This document shows, one piece after another, positions 1-13,490 of a DNA stretch of 64,000 bases. This DNA is from Flectonema sp. DT1601 (taxonomy: Eukaryota), in assembly GCA_964019425.1 (NCBI GenBank), contig OZ025794.1, forward strand, positions 62,001 through 126,000, in the 5' to 3' direction. Position numbers and translations under genes: made by a program. The notes below the pieces were generated by a model. The model saw only the letters and a program-made list of their open reading frames with translations, did not search any database and was not told the DNA's origin. How positions within the stretch are numbered: position 1 is the stretch's first letter; every line of letters starts with the position of its first letter.

Positions 1-1801
1 TGTTAAAATGAAGTGATTTGATTAATTTATTTTCTTCTTTCAATCGAGAACGAGTAGTGGATCTAATAACAGCTTTCTTATCCAACAAATCGAAATCTAA
101 AATACCAACTCTATTATCAGCTGAAGTGATGTTTTCCATTTCATCTCTTGAAATCCTTCTTTCACTTATTACGCTCGATCTCCGAGAATTGTAAACGCTA
201 CTCTTTCTCCTCCTTAAGAAGTCTTCTTGATATGTCACACGGGGGTTCAGAGGATCACTTATTCGAATCTTCGATCCTCCGCTGTTATCTAAAAAAGTTA
301 CAAAAGGTGTAAACAGACCACTACTACTCACAACAGGTGTTATTTTAAACATCTCTGTTGCTTCAACAGGTTCACAGAATTCTGTTGTTGTTGGGGGTTG
401 TAGTCTGGCGGTAAGAGTTTTGGATGATAAGTGATATTTGAATATAATTTTATCTCCAGTTTTGATCGTTGGGAGCGTCGTCTCTCGGAGAAGAGCACCG
501 TAGCTGATGACTTGATTGCAAGAAGCGTTAAAACCCCAAGACTCGTGAATGTCATTATGTGGGTTTAGCGTTCCGCATAAGAACGTTCTACAACCAGCAT
601 CGAGAATGTGGATTTCCCACTCATGTGATTTCCTCAGTTGTTGAGATGTGACAGCTGTGAATTGACAAGTAACAGATTCACTCTTTGGAGTTACCCAACA
701 AGTATCACTTAACCAATTCATATCAACTGTTGAACTAGTCCATTCTAAAGGTTGTTCATCCCAAGTAGACTTCATCACTTCAAGCCTGTCTTGTCTTTCA
801 GACATTATTATTGAGTTCCTATTACTCTTTTCATTAGAAGTTAGTATTTCCCATTCTTCATTATCGATACTTCCTTCAAGAAGTACTATTGAAACTCTGC
901 GAGTTCTGAAATGATAATCGGCGATACCATCTTCCTGTTGAATTGTTATTTTTGACTTCGATGAGGATCTGCGACGTCTTTTAACAATCGAAGAACATCG
1001 ACGGGTTGGATGTGAAACTGATTTTCGATGAGACGTTACTTCCCGTTCAGGCTCAGGTTCAGGTTCAGGTTCCGTTGGTGTCAGAGAGACAGACGATGAT
1101 TGGTTTTGATAACAAATTAAAGAAACTAAATACTCATAATAATCAAGGGAAGTCTTGAATGGGTTGTGTAACGCCACTTCTAATACTCCAGAATGAAGGT
1201 CATCTATGAAAGTCGAGTAGATCTCAGCTCCGATTTCTTCTGTCCAAGAATCAGCCATCATAAAGATGCTGTCGAAGAACACTTGTTGATCTATTTCTTT
1301 ACGACCTCGGCTGTCGTAGTTCCAATCTGCTAGTATACGAAGAGCACATTCCTTGACTTCTAATTCAGGTAATAATATTTTAATTAATATGGTCGACATC
1401 CATATGTAGTAGTCTCGAGAGATTACCTTTCGAGTTGTTTCATTGTTGTGTTCTATCGAGTCCCACCAACGGCTTATCGCAGAGACGACTTTTTCATTAT
1501 TACGAAGTTTTCTTCTTCTTATCAAAGCATCCGGTTGTAACATCGTTAAGTCAATTGTAAAAGTACCATCACTTAATTCCAATTGTCGTTTGAATTCTTC
1601 AGATAAATGACAAAATCTTTTCATTCCGACAGCTTGTCTCGCAGAGTCTATCCATCTGACTATCGAACAAGCCATGTCTGGTGATAGAGACAAGCAATCA
1701 ATCATCTTTAATTGTCTTCTCTGAATCTCTGCTAATGTCTCTCTCCATTTAGTTGTCGTTTCGGATCTCTTCAAAACACTTCCTTTTACAGCTGACCACA
1801 T
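1..1801 (-). CDS. Large hypothetical protein (at least 600 aa, 3' end outside window); N-terminal helical conserved-looking region and a possible SPRY-like beta domain
   Basis: Hand translation from ATG 1801 (MWSAVKGSVLKRSE...) stays open to the window edge, with an in-frame TAA just upstream. Absent from the ORF track because it has no stop in the window. Motifs: ILADWNYDSRG..FFDSIFMMADSWTEEI; WEIHIL..SWGF..IKTGDKIIFKY..LFTPFVTF. Confidence 0.85.
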   Translation of the reverse strand, partial: MWSAVKGSVLKRSETTTKWRETLAEIQRRQLKMIDCLSLSPDMACSIVRWIDSARQAVGMKRFCHLSEEFKRQLELSDGTFTIDLTMLQPDALIRRRKLRNNEKVVSAISRWWDSIEHNNETTRKVISRDYYIWMSTILIKILLPELEVKECALRILADWNYDSRGRKEIDQQVFFDSIFMMADSWTEEIGAEIYSTFIDDLHSGVLEVALHNPFKTSLDYYEYLVSLICYQNQSSSVSLTPTEPEPEPEPEREVTSHRKSVSHPTRRCSSIVKRRRRSSSKSKITIQQEDGIADYHFRTRRVSIVLLEGSIDNEEWEILTSNEKSNRNSIIMSERQDRLEVMKSTWDEQPLEWTSSTVDMNWLSDTCWVTPKSESVTCQFTAVTSQQLRKSHEWEIHILDAGCRTFLCGTLNPHNDIHESWGFNASCNQVISYGALLRETTLPTIKTGDKIIFKYHLSSKTLTARLQPPTTTEFCEPVEATEMFKITPVVSSSGLFTPFVTFLDNSGGSKIRISDPLNPRVTYQEDFLRRRKSSVYNSRRSSVISERRISRDEMENITSADNRVGILDFDLLDKKAVIRSTTRSRLKEENKLIKSLHFN

Positions 1802-1961
1802 CAGGTTGGTAATTTCATAACTTTTAGTGGATTAATACTGATGGGTGTGAAATTAAAAATAATTATTATTTTGTGATGGTGTTGTGAGTAGGTTACAGAA
1901 CAATTTTATTATTATTTTTTTTTTTTTTTAAATCTAAAAAAAAAAATGTAAAAAAAGTCCG

Positions 1962-2830
1962 CTACAATAGTTCAATGATGATCTGGTTGCCAAAAAGCAA
2001 CGATCGATCCTTCTTTTGAGCTCTCCAGGCTGCGTTTCTCAGAGAGAATGTTACCAACGCATACCTGTGTTGGGTAAGTTTTTTTATGTCAATTAAATCA
2101 CGGAATCGTCGGATAAACAAAAGATTTCGTTAACATACTTTTCATATATTTTAATATCTGTGATCGAATCCTGTCCAAGAAAGTTAGACAAGTCCGAAGG
2201 TCCAACACCAGCAGGAAGACTTTTTATGAGAATTCGTTTTCCCGACAAGCCAGTCGTAGTTTGTGACTGAAGTGGAGCTTCCAATCTCATCCAAGTGAAG
2301 TCTGTTGATGTAATTGAATCACTCGAGCTGGCTGTATCATGTCGAGGTCTTCGAATAACCCGTCGAGGTGAACGAGCTGAACGACGCTTTGATTTCCTCA
2401 ACTGCTCTGAATTTGATGAGCAGCTTGCCGAGTCATTTCTTTGCTGAGGTCCCTCTGGCGATGGTGTCAGGGATCTCCTCCTCCTCCTCCTCCTCCTTTC
2501 GATATTTCTCTTTGAAGAAATCCTTTCCTTTCTATAAGACAATGAGGAATCTGACTGAGATGAACTTCGCGGTCTTCGATGACGAGATTTAGATTTTCGT
2601 TTTGATGACCTCCGTCGATCTCTTTCGGTAGACGAATTGGATGAAATAGAACGACGTCGTGAAGATTTTTTGATAATTTTCTTATCTCGGGATACTCTCC
2701 CGGTTTTCTTCTCTTTCTTCTTCTTTCGAACCTTCTTCTCCAATTCACGCAGCTCCCGTAACAGTCGCGTTCGCTCTTTCAAAATTTCATCCTGCCGCTG
2801 AGGGAGGCATTCTGCTCTCCGTTCTCTCAT
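1962..2830 (-). CDS. Ser/Arg-rich protein with C-terminal RRM (2 exons: 2830-2139, 2064-1962; 264 aa)
   Basis: RS-rich ORF with RNP2-like ILIKSLP. Removing the 74-nt intron 2138-2065 (GTATGT...ACACAG) restores RNP1-like KYALVTF and the RRM end (LFGNQIIIELL*). First ATG is at 2830; the track start 2833 is GTG. Confidence 0.8.
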
Positions 2831-4697
2831 CACTTTAAATTACATGTAAATAGTTTATTACAGAGTTCTGGGATGTGAAGAAGAAGTTGAATTAGTTTTT
2901 TATTAAAATCATCGATCGCAAGATTTCATAGTCGGAGCTCAACCTGATATGAAAAAGAACATCACTAAAAGAAGATTCAGATATGATCGCAGTCGACCAT
3001 ATTACACAACGCTACATGGTGGGATGGGGGAGACGTCTTCGTCACTTTAGTCAAACTGTGACACCAGCAGCATCATTAAAGCTGCCTACTGGCTCATCAG
3101 TTAACCACACGTGTTGATGTTGACAAGGCAGTTTGCTACTGATTTGGAGAAATACACAACACAGTGTGGTCAACTGTTGCAACTCTTTATCTGCGAACTG
3201 CTTTGCTAGCATACCGCGGGAGCGTTGCTTCAGTTGAAGACCTACTCCTCATCGCATCACACCTCAATAAGAGAAGACAAAGGGGAAAAAAAAAGGGTTG
3301 CTAGAAAATTCGGCACAAAAAAAAAAGTTGTGAAAATTGTTTTTTTTTTCCAACCTCTAGAGTGATGACAAAAATGAAGGGGAACAAAAAAAAAAGAAAG
3401 AAAAAAACATACAAAACCCGAACCTAACCAACCCTCAACACAAATTCCAAGCAACTGATACCCACTGTGGGAATGAAGTATTCCTGTGATCAAAGTACAG
3501 CTTAGAATTGTAGGGTTTTATGTCACTAATCACTCTTAAACGCAATCATCATCTGAGACCGATATTGAAGCTGTGCAACGACTCCCTACTTGCCAACTTC
3601 ACAACCTAACAGTGATGTGATGTGATTCAGATCGTGTTAGTGTTTGTCGTAATATCAAATAATGTTTTAAAATAATGAAAAAAATGTTTTTAAAACCTTT
3701 CTTCTTTCTTCTTCTTATTCTTTTTTTTTTTTTTTTTTTTTTTTGAAAAGTGAGGGTGTGAATGGGGAAAGAGACATTAAAGAAATAACGAGCTAACTGC
3801 GCTTAAAACAGTTGTCAATAAAAATGAAATTTTAAGGAGAAAAGAAAAACAACGAGAAGAACAAACAAAACGAACGAAGAACGAAAAAGAAGATACCAAC
3901 ACCTAGACACGACACTTCTATACCATACTCGGTGATCATCTTCAACAGGGTGATAGAAGCAACAAAGGGGTTTTTTTTGTTCTTTTTTTTTTCATTTTTG
4001 GAAAAACACCAAAAAAAAAAACGACCAAATAAAACCATTAAGTATGCGTACCGAGAGGTAAGATAGTTTTGCAGGAAAAATCAATTAATTCGATGAATAA
4101 TATTAAAAAAGTATTTTTTTATTTGTTTTTCACACGAAACTTAGAAACCGTGAAACTGCTAACCCGGTTCCTCTTCAGAGGAACACTTCGGAACACTTCC
4201 TTTTGTTAATGTTGGTTGTTATTATTATTTTTTTTTTTTGATTTTTTTTTCTCTATTTTTATTGTGATTTTTTTAATGATTTAGCGGAAATCCCTGACCT
4301 GTGGTATTGACAACAGCTGACTTAGAAGGGGCCGTCTTACCACATAGTCAGGAAAACAAAAGTGAAGATTCAAAACAAAAAGAACGTAACGTAACCAAAA
4401 GAAATAGATAGCCATAAGTGAGATTTATTTTCTTGCAGCCAAAAAAAAAAAAAAAAAAAAAAAAACATCTTGAGATGGCACATTGTGTGCGCCCTCACAA
4501 GAGTCGTTCCTTGCGATTGTTTTTGCAAGGAGAATTTTCTTCTTTTTTTTTTTTCTTTTTTTCTTTATTTACTTAGAAATCCTTACAGGACTTTGAACCC
4601 CATGGTTCACCCATTGTGGATGACGGGTTTATTTATTTATTTTATTTTCTTCTTTTTTTAAAATACCTTCATGCCTTCAAAAGTAAGAGACATAACG

Positions 4698-4730
<33 letters not shown>

Positions 4731-5606
4731 AACTCTTCTCTACTACAACAGTACACTACAATAAAAGTAAAGGGGATAACAAAGTGAGCAGCACGCCTTG
4801 CGATTTAATAACATGATACGTGCGAGATCCATCAACATTAACAAAGACCATCACATACATAAATAAAACTTCAGATTAATTACTAATTGCAATAAATTAG
4901 TTTAGATAAACAAAACAATTTTTTTTTTTTTACTCTTCTTTCTGTTTTATAGTTAGGAGTTACATAACAACTTTCTAAACAAAAACAAAAATAATAATAA
5001 TAATAATAATAATAATTTAAAAAGCCTCAGTAGTTTCATTACTCCTTTGAACTACATCTTAACATCGAAAAAAAGTATTGTAGTTCTATTTTTTCTTTTA
5101 TATTTTTTTTTTTTTAAAAAACCTAACGCCATCTAAAAAAAGAAGTTGAACTACATAAATAGAGAAAGTAAGTTGACTAAAGCCGTTGGATTCCAATAAA
5201 CTTAACGCTAAATAGCTACTCAGGGATCTCTATGTGCTGAGAGGCAGTGCAATATGAATTTAATCACAGATCACATATCGGATCCTATATTACGACCATG
5301 AGACTCTAAATTCTTCTTGTAGTTATTTAAATAGAAATAGACAATCAACACAAACTGATAATAATGACTATTGTAAAATTAGTATGTACAACACATTACC
5401 AGTTTAGTTGTTTAGATTTGACGGGTGTTTAAGAGATTTTCCTAACAAAATAAAAATGTTGGACCTGAAGAACAAAAACAGAATACAAAAAAAAAAAAAA
5501 AAAAAAAAAATTTAACCAACCACTACAAGTAGGGAAGGTAGTAAAAGTAAGTTGATGTTTGGTTCACACATGGCAGTAATTCCATGTGCGACGCACACCG
5601 AGGAGG

Positions 5607-6179
5607 TTATTTTAAAATACTTAACAGTGAGCAGAGGATTGCACTAATCCAAACTGCCGATGCTGTTGCCACGGAAACAGTTTCGGTAGTATTTGGATCT
5701 GCTGTCGGTACAGTCCAACATGCTGGAGGTACTTGAATTGAATTTTTTAAACAAGAAGAAATAATTGTTGTATTCGACAAACAAACTGTCGAACCTTTCC
5801 CAGCAGGAGTGTGATACCGAGTATGTAATGGCAGGTAGGCTTCTTTTCCTTTTTGTCCTCCACTCACATTGTGGATTGCTACGTTAAATTCATGTTCTTG
5901 CATACTATCGATGGAACGTTCTAAGTATTGGTCATCTTTGAGTATTTGGTGATCATCGTTCTTTATTTCAAAATTCAAACCAATCCTACGCAACTCATAC
6001 TTGTCGATAATAACACCCGCTGGGATCTTTTCTTCGATTGTTGCCAAACAACCGTCTGCTACTCCAGCACTTTCTAATAAACTTCCTAATTTTATCTTTA
6101 CATGAAATCCTTCGACACTCACATCCCGTCTGGCCATCACACCATGACAGACGCTGTGTAGTAGAATCCCAAGCAGCAT
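5607..6179 (-). CDS. PIGX: PIG-X/PBN1-like GPI-mannosyltransferase I subunit
   Basis: Signal-peptide-like start MLLGILLHSV; motifs EGFH, IPAGVIIDKYEL, LPLHTRYH, VPTAD; C-terminal TM helix. ATG at 6179. Confidence 0.7.
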   Translation of the reverse strand: MLLGILLHSVCHGVMARRDVSVEGFHVKIKLGSLLESAGVADGCLATIEEKIPAGVIIDKYELRRIGLNFEIKNDDHQILKDDQYLERSIDSMQEHEFNVAIHNVSGGQKGKEAYLPLHTRYHTPAGKGSTVCLSNTTIISSCLKNSIQVPPACWTVPTADPNTTETVSVATASAVWISAILCSLLSILK

Positions 6180-6601
6180 TAGTTGTTGTTGTTGTGATAC
6201 TCCTGGTGGTTTGGTAATGGAGAATAATCCTTTTTTATTTAATAAAAAACATTTCAATTATAATTTAGTTATTCAAAACGCTCATCATCAGAGTCTTTGG
6301 TATTATAATACCTGTGTGAGTTCGGTTATAGAAATATATTGAATTCAATAAAAAAAAAAACACAACTTCTTTCTGAAGTAGTAATCAAACAACAAAAAAT
6401 ATTCTAACCTCTTTTTCTCAAATGTGATTTCTTTTTTTTTTTTTTTTTTTTTTTTTTTTCGTTTATTAACTATTATTATATAAGAAGCAAGGGTAGTGTT
6501 GGGTTGTTGTGATCTAAAAAAAAAAAAATAAAAAGAAAAAAAAAAGTTTCGCATACTCATCGCGAATTCCAAAAATGATGATTTAGAAACACGATGAAGT
6601 A

Positions 6602-7471
6602 CTACTTAACTTCATCACCACTCTCACCATCAAAGTGAAGCGGACTGGTATTTAAAAACCAATTAGGAGATTGTTGAGACTTGAGCCACTTGAAATCGTT
6701 AACTAAATTCCACTTATCCGTCTCCGCTGTTAGTGTCGTCGATGCGAACAATTCAGATTTATTTTCAAAGTTCCAGTTGTATGGAGCAAATGATACTTCA
6801 GAACAATCTTCAATAATAGGTTCTGAAGAGCAATGAAGATAAAAAGATGACAATTTGGTGTTGTGAACTCGAAGCTGACGAGCAGCAACAACAAAAGTAC
6901 ATGAGGTGCAGGATTTGATAAAAACACTTCCGTCAAGAGGTTTGATAAGAACTTTACAGTCAGTGAGATCTGATAAAAATATCGATGACGATGGTTTAAT
7001 AGAAATCGTCTCTCCCGTTCTTCCACTTATTCTAGATTGATTCTTCTCATCAGCGACATCCACTTCGATATCGACTTTGATGTTGTCATTGCCGCTGGCA
7101 GCAACTTTTTCACTTACCGATTTCTTTTTTCGTGAGAATGCAAATTTTTTTTTCCCCTTACTCTTCTTTTCATCAATAAGTGTTAGAAGTTCCTGCAGCG
7201 TCTTATTAGCTCTCTGTTTATCCCATTGTGGTAAGAATGTACATCCTTCATGTAAATATGATTGCATTTCTCGGTAAATAGTTAAGGCGGTATCACTGTT
7301 ACCGTCTTTTAAATTAGTCTCAACCTGTTCTTTCATGTCTCCGTAGAATTTTGAATCAAACTTCTCAACGTCATCACACAACTTACTCGTTCCATCTTTT
7401 TTAGAAGCCGCAACATTCGCAGAGCGTTCTTCCATTCGCTTTTTCATTCTCTCAGCCATGTCTTCAGACAT
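6602..7471 (-). CDS. TBCC: Tubulin-folding cofactor C
   Basis: N-terminal helical domain (FLPQWD), KKKFAFSRK, and C-CAP/cofactor C beta-helix (RQLRVHNT, SEPIIEDCS, FAPY, WNLVNDFKWLK..SPNW). First ATG at 7471. Confidence 0.92.
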   Translation of the reverse strand: MSEDMAERMKKRMEERSANVAASKKDGTSKLCDDVEKFDSKFYGDMKEQVETNLKDGNSDTALTIYREMQSYLHEGCTFLPQWDKQRANKTLQELLTLIDEKKSKGKKKFAFSRKKKSVSEKVAASGNDNIKVDIEVDVADEKNQSRISGRTGETISIKPSSSIFLSDLTDCKVLIKPLDGSVFIKSCTSCTFVVAARQLRVHNTKLSSFYLHCSSEPIIEDCSEVSFAPYNWNFENKSELFASTTLTAETDKWNLVNDFKWLKSQQSPNWFLNTSPLHFDGESGDEVK

Positions 7472-8219
7472 TTCTTTATGAATGCTGTCTGTGTGAAACA
7501 GTAACAAACTTCAGGGTATTAAAAAAATAAAAAATTAATATCAAGTACTTGACTGAAAAAATATCTTGTCTTCATACATTATCATGAATACTGTCTGTGT
7601 GGGGGGAAACAATTCGTTAAAATACTCGTTTCTAAAGGTCAATCTTATTTGTGAATGCTGTTTTTAAAAAGGAAACACATCAAAGTTGACAAATAGCTGT
7701 CACAAAAAAAAAAAAAAAAAAAAAAAAACGAAAACTCAGCAAAATGAAATCAGGTTTTCATGTACTGTAAAAGATTCCAGTTGATTACACACCCGTAGAG
7801 TGTCCCAAATGGATATTGAAGTTAGTAAGGAATATTATTATACTTTTTTAAAATTGTGTAACTTACAAACGAAAGGTATCTGGAAAAAGAAAACTCAACC
7901 AAAAACCGTTTTGTGATTCTTCACATTGTTACTAAAGCAACTACAAAGAAAACACAAATAAATAAAATAAAATAAAAAAACTGGGGAACATTACCCGGAG
8001 CAACTTGAGGTGTTGCCAAGGGACGGGGCCCTGTTTAAATAGTGAAGAAAAAGAAAAAAGAAAACAGGATGGAATGAGAAGCTAGTCTGATCTATTAGAT
8101 TTATCAAACTCATCACATTCATTATCTGAATAACACACTTAAAACTGTGCAAAAAAGAACAATAGGCCAGGAGCGAGAGGTAAAAAAAAAAAAAAAAAGA
8201 CCTCCTCAGCACACTCAGC

Positions 8220-9821
<1,602 letters not shown>

Positions 9822-10601
9822 TTAAGAAGCTTTAAAATTAATACGGAGGAGTTTCTGACCCACAAAAGATAAACTTCCAATCCCATTCTACTTCACAACA
9901 ACTAAGATAAGAACATGTTATTGTGTCACTACTGTTGTTAGTAATTAAAATAATATTATCAAGTTTTTAATAAAAAAAACCTACCTTCCAAAAAAACAAT
10001 AAGAAATTAAAATATAAACGGAGCTACGAGCACCGTGTTAAGCAGTTGTTGTTGTTGTTGTTGTTAGTTTTTTTCTTTTTTTTTTTTTTCTTTCCCATCC
10101 ACAATTATAATATAAGCAATTCATTGGGATAAACACAATTCATGTAATGGAAACAAGGAGAACAACAAACAAAAAAAAAAAGAGACAAAAAGAGAATAAA
10201 AATAAAATATAAAAAAAACGTATGCGATGTGCCCGATTGTCAAAACGGTGGTGTTACAGAAAAAAGCTTAGTTAGTATTAGCTTTATTTGCGGGAGTTAT
10301 CACAAATAAATAATTTAAAAAAAAATAACCCTAGTTTTGCTAGTGACTCTCATTAACGCAATCTTTCGACCACAACAAGTTGCTGGTCGACTACTACTTG
10401 TAATGGCTCTAAGACAATATCAGACCCCCTTTATTTTTTTTTTTTTTTTCTCCTTCTTGACGAGGAGAATTGTTACATTCCACTGTGACGCAAGTGAAAT
10501 CCAATCCAGGAGAGTGAAAAAAGAATAAAATAAGGAAAAATAAAATAAAGGAAACTGGTTTAAGTTTTTTTTTTTTTTTTTTTTTAATAAATCATCCTCC
10601 C

Positions 10602-12902
10602 CTACTTCGAATACTTTGTAAAGACCTCGTTGTGATCCCTCGCGTGTCTAAGCCAGTTGAATTTGTCTCCACGAGTACCAAGTTCCAGAGAGCTGGTGAT
10701 GTTGGCTAGCTGTTTATCAAAAGACGCATGAATCAGGTTACTGTAAACGTTGATAATACACGCAATTGGAACAAACGACCAACAGTCTGAAATAAAATCC
10801 GACAATTCAGATTTTTTTCCTTCTTCAGAAAGTCCCTTAAACGCACCAATCTCATTCAGATAGGCCTCAGCAACATTAGCAATTACGTCTTTAGCCGTTT
10901 CCATTGTGATGTTTATTTCATTGCGTTGAATCTGTAGTTCCAAACTAGATATTAATTTGGCAAAATCATAAACAGCAAGAGAAGGACCGCTCCACTCGAT
11001 ATCAATAAGTGTTACCTTCGTAGGGTTCACACTATCATCTACGATTGCGTTACTTAAATTAACATCAAAGTGAGTGTAGACTATTTTGGTGCTGTATTTT
11101 GATTTTAATTTATCGTGGACCTTCTTCTTAACATCTTCAATGGTGGTGCTAGTTTCGATAACGGAGTGGTAAAATTTTGACCAAATCTCATGAGATGATA
11201 ATTTACTCTTTTCAATAACAATAATAGAATATCTTCTCCAGATCTCTAACAAAGTGTAGCAGAGTGGTTCTCCGTTTAGCTTTCCGAAGTGATGATCGAC
11301 AACATTCTTTTTAAACTGTTCATTTTCCATAGTCTGGTGGAACCGTGCTATGCTACTACCAAGACAACGAAACACCGCTGGGATGTTTGTTTTTGGATTC
11401 TTCAACGACTTGAGAAGGGTTGCTCCAGATATCCACTCTTCGATTCTCCCTAAGTGACGATCACATCCATAGTACCTCGCTTTAATGACGCAGAATTGCT
11501 TTGGACCAACACCTGCTTCTTGAAGTCCTTGAGAAACATTTCCAATAAAGTTAATTTCATCATGAATAATCCTTCTCGGTTTTTCCCAACTGTAGAACGC
11601 CATTAAAACTTTACGACAATCAGTTTGGTCTTTGCGATTCTCTTTTGAAAGTTTTACTTTGAAAACTCTCTTATCCACTAGTCTCGTCACGCACAAGTCC
11701 TCAGCTTTAACTAAACCTGTTCTCCAAGATTCAATTTTTTCAGCACAGAATGACTTTACTGCCATGTCATCTTCATTTAGCTTTGCAATATCAAGTTTTA
11801 GTCCTCGACTGATGCCGTGTCTGATGAAGAGCTTGTTCATATGACCTAAGAAGTCAGGTGTTCCTTTATATCCAGGAAGGACATTGCAGTCGACGACGTA
11901 GTGGGTTTTGTTATTTTTATCAACCAGAACATCGAACCCAAACAACTCAATATTCCATTCCAGTTCGATTGCCATTCTAAAAGTGTCAACTGTTGTCGGG
12001 TCTAAGTGTGCAGCTCCCAGTTCTGGATCGTGAATTCTCTTACAAGCAATAGCACCTTCTCTGTTTGTTATAACATCTGAATAAAATATGATGTATCCTT
12101 TACCACCAGTGTCCTTCTCATTTACGTGTTCCCCTTTTATCTCAACAGCAAAACGATCGAGCTCTTCTGGGTCCGGCGTGTCAATATCTGGAAGTGACGG
12201 ACGACCTCCAACAAATATGTGTCTCGCGATAACATAAATCTTATAAACAACACCTGAGTGAGGGATGTACTGTTCTAAAGAGTAGTGTTCACATCCAGAA
12301 TTGTCACAGAAATGTTTGAGTCCAGCGATGTCAAAAACGAGTCCCATCTTCTTAATTGCAGTTGACTTAGGTTTTACAACAATTGGAAATGGAGGCAAGT
12401 CTGAAGGGTCAGCTGGTGTTGATCTTGAGTAGTTTAACCAACTAGGAACAGCACATGCAACACCTGAGTTTGCTTTGTGAACCATAGTTGCTATTTTACG
12501 TAATAAAGCAACCATATTGTATCGATCAACAAGACAATGTTCACTCTCAATTGGAATGATGTTCAGTTCATCAAATTCAGATTTGTGTTTGGACATCAAC
12601 TCATCATATCTTCGCATTGTAGTGTCGTGAACTTCTTCTCCTCGAGAACCAAGAGCCTTATGTAATTTGCTAACAATTACGTCAGGTTTTGGATCCATCT
12701 TCTCCCACTGCTCAAGTAAGGAGTGCTGAACGTCAAGAGTCAAGACATCGACACGTCCTTCTAAGTTTTCCGCATCACCATCTTTGTACTTTTGTAGTAA
12801 CATTAATTTCCGATTTCTGTCAACAGCAAAACATGTGCACAGCCTCAGTGCACGGTCTCGTCCAAATTGACTTTTCCATGCATGCCTCGGGGATTCTGGC
12901 AT
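10602..12902 (-). CDS. ITPK1-like ATP-grasp kinase fused to choline/ethanolamine kinase-like domain, copy 1 (766 aa)
   Basis: N-half: FPIVVKP, EQYIPHSGVVYKIYV, RPSLPD, LFGFDVL, VVDCNVLPGY (ITPK1 motifs). C-half: GVGP, GRIEEWISG, IARFH, HFDVNLSN, LIDIEWS (choline kinase motifs). ATG at 12902; the track's extension runs through poly-A. Confidence 0.85.
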   Translation of the reverse strand: MPESPRHAWKSQFGRDRALRLCTCFAVDRNRKLMLLQKYKDGDAENLEGRVDVLTLDVQHSLLEQWEKMDPKPDVIVSKLHKALGSRGEEVHDTTMRRYDELMSKHKSEFDELNIIPIESEHCLVDRYNMVALLRKIATMVHKANSGVACAVPSWLNYSRSTPADPSDLPPFPIVVKPKSTAIKKMGLVFDIAGLKHFCDNSGCEHYSLEQYIPHSGVVYKIYVIARHIFVGGRPSLPDIDTPDPEELDRFAVEIKGEHVNEKDTGGKGYIIFYSDVITNREGAIACKRIHDPELGAAHLDPTTVDTFRMAIELEWNIELFGFDVLVDKNNKTHYVVDCNVLPGYKGTPDFLGHMNKLFIRHGISRGLKLDIAKLNEDDMAVKSFCAEKIESWRTGLVKAEDLCVTRLVDKRVFKVKLSKENRKDQTDCRKVLMAFYSWEKPRRIIHDEINFIGNVSQGLQEAGVGPKQFCVIKARYYGCDRHLGRIEEWISGATLLKSLKNPKTNIPAVFRCLGSSIARFHQTMENEQFKKNVVDHHFGKLNGEPLCYTLLEIWRRYSIIVIEKSKLSSHEIWSKFYHSVIETSTTIEDVKKKVHDKLKSKYSTKIVYTHFDVNLSNAIVDDSVNPTKVTLIDIEWSGPSLAVYDFAKLISSLELQIQRNEINITMETAKDVIANVAEAYLNEIGAFKGLSEEGKKSELSDFISDCWSFVPIACIINVYSNLIHASFDKQLANITSSLELGTRGDKFNWLRHARDHNEVFTKYSK

Positions 12903-12909
12903 CCTTAGT

Positions 12910-12940
<31 letters not shown>

Positions 12941-13490
12941 TGTTGTTGTATTTCCTGCCAATGAGATCAAAATAGAGAAATTTCACTAAAAAAAAAAAAC
13001 CACCAGCTAAACTACTTCACTACAACTCTTACTATCAACAGTCATACTGCAAGCTGTGATAAAAATAATACTTTCGATTGTATTTAAGAAGACCAAATGA
13101 AGAAACTCAAATCCTCACAGAAGTACAAAGCACGGATTCCAATCCCTCTTTGGTTCGAAACGTTAGACTTTCAAGCATTGAAAGAAAAAAAAACGAATTT
13201 TGAAATAATTGTTTTTAAAAGAGAAAACAACAACAACAACAAAATAGGAATTCCCCGCAACCCATATTTCTACCTTTCTTGGCTCGGACATGTTACCTGA
13301 ACAACCTTTCAAATGCAACAGAGTAACAAGCAATCGTATTGTCTAACAATCAAACTGAAGCGGTAATACGTCACAGAAATATATAATCCTAACAAAGAAA
13401 GACAAACTCAAAGATGACATAGAAGCACAAGGAAAAACGATTTCTTTAAACACAAATTTATATTCTTATTATTGAAAGCATAGCTTCGGG

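Noticed and set aside
340..555. 71-aa ORF in the track
   Set aside because: Off-frame inside the real ORF starting at 1801.
2977..3046. C/D-box snoRNA-like spacing (GTGACGA...CTGA, minus strand)
   Set aside because: Imperfect C box and no recognisable rRNA guide complementarity; would need snoscan.
3075..3105. Hammerhead-like CTGATGA-GCC-AGTA-GGC on the minus strand
   Set aside because: The required GAAA after stem II is absent.
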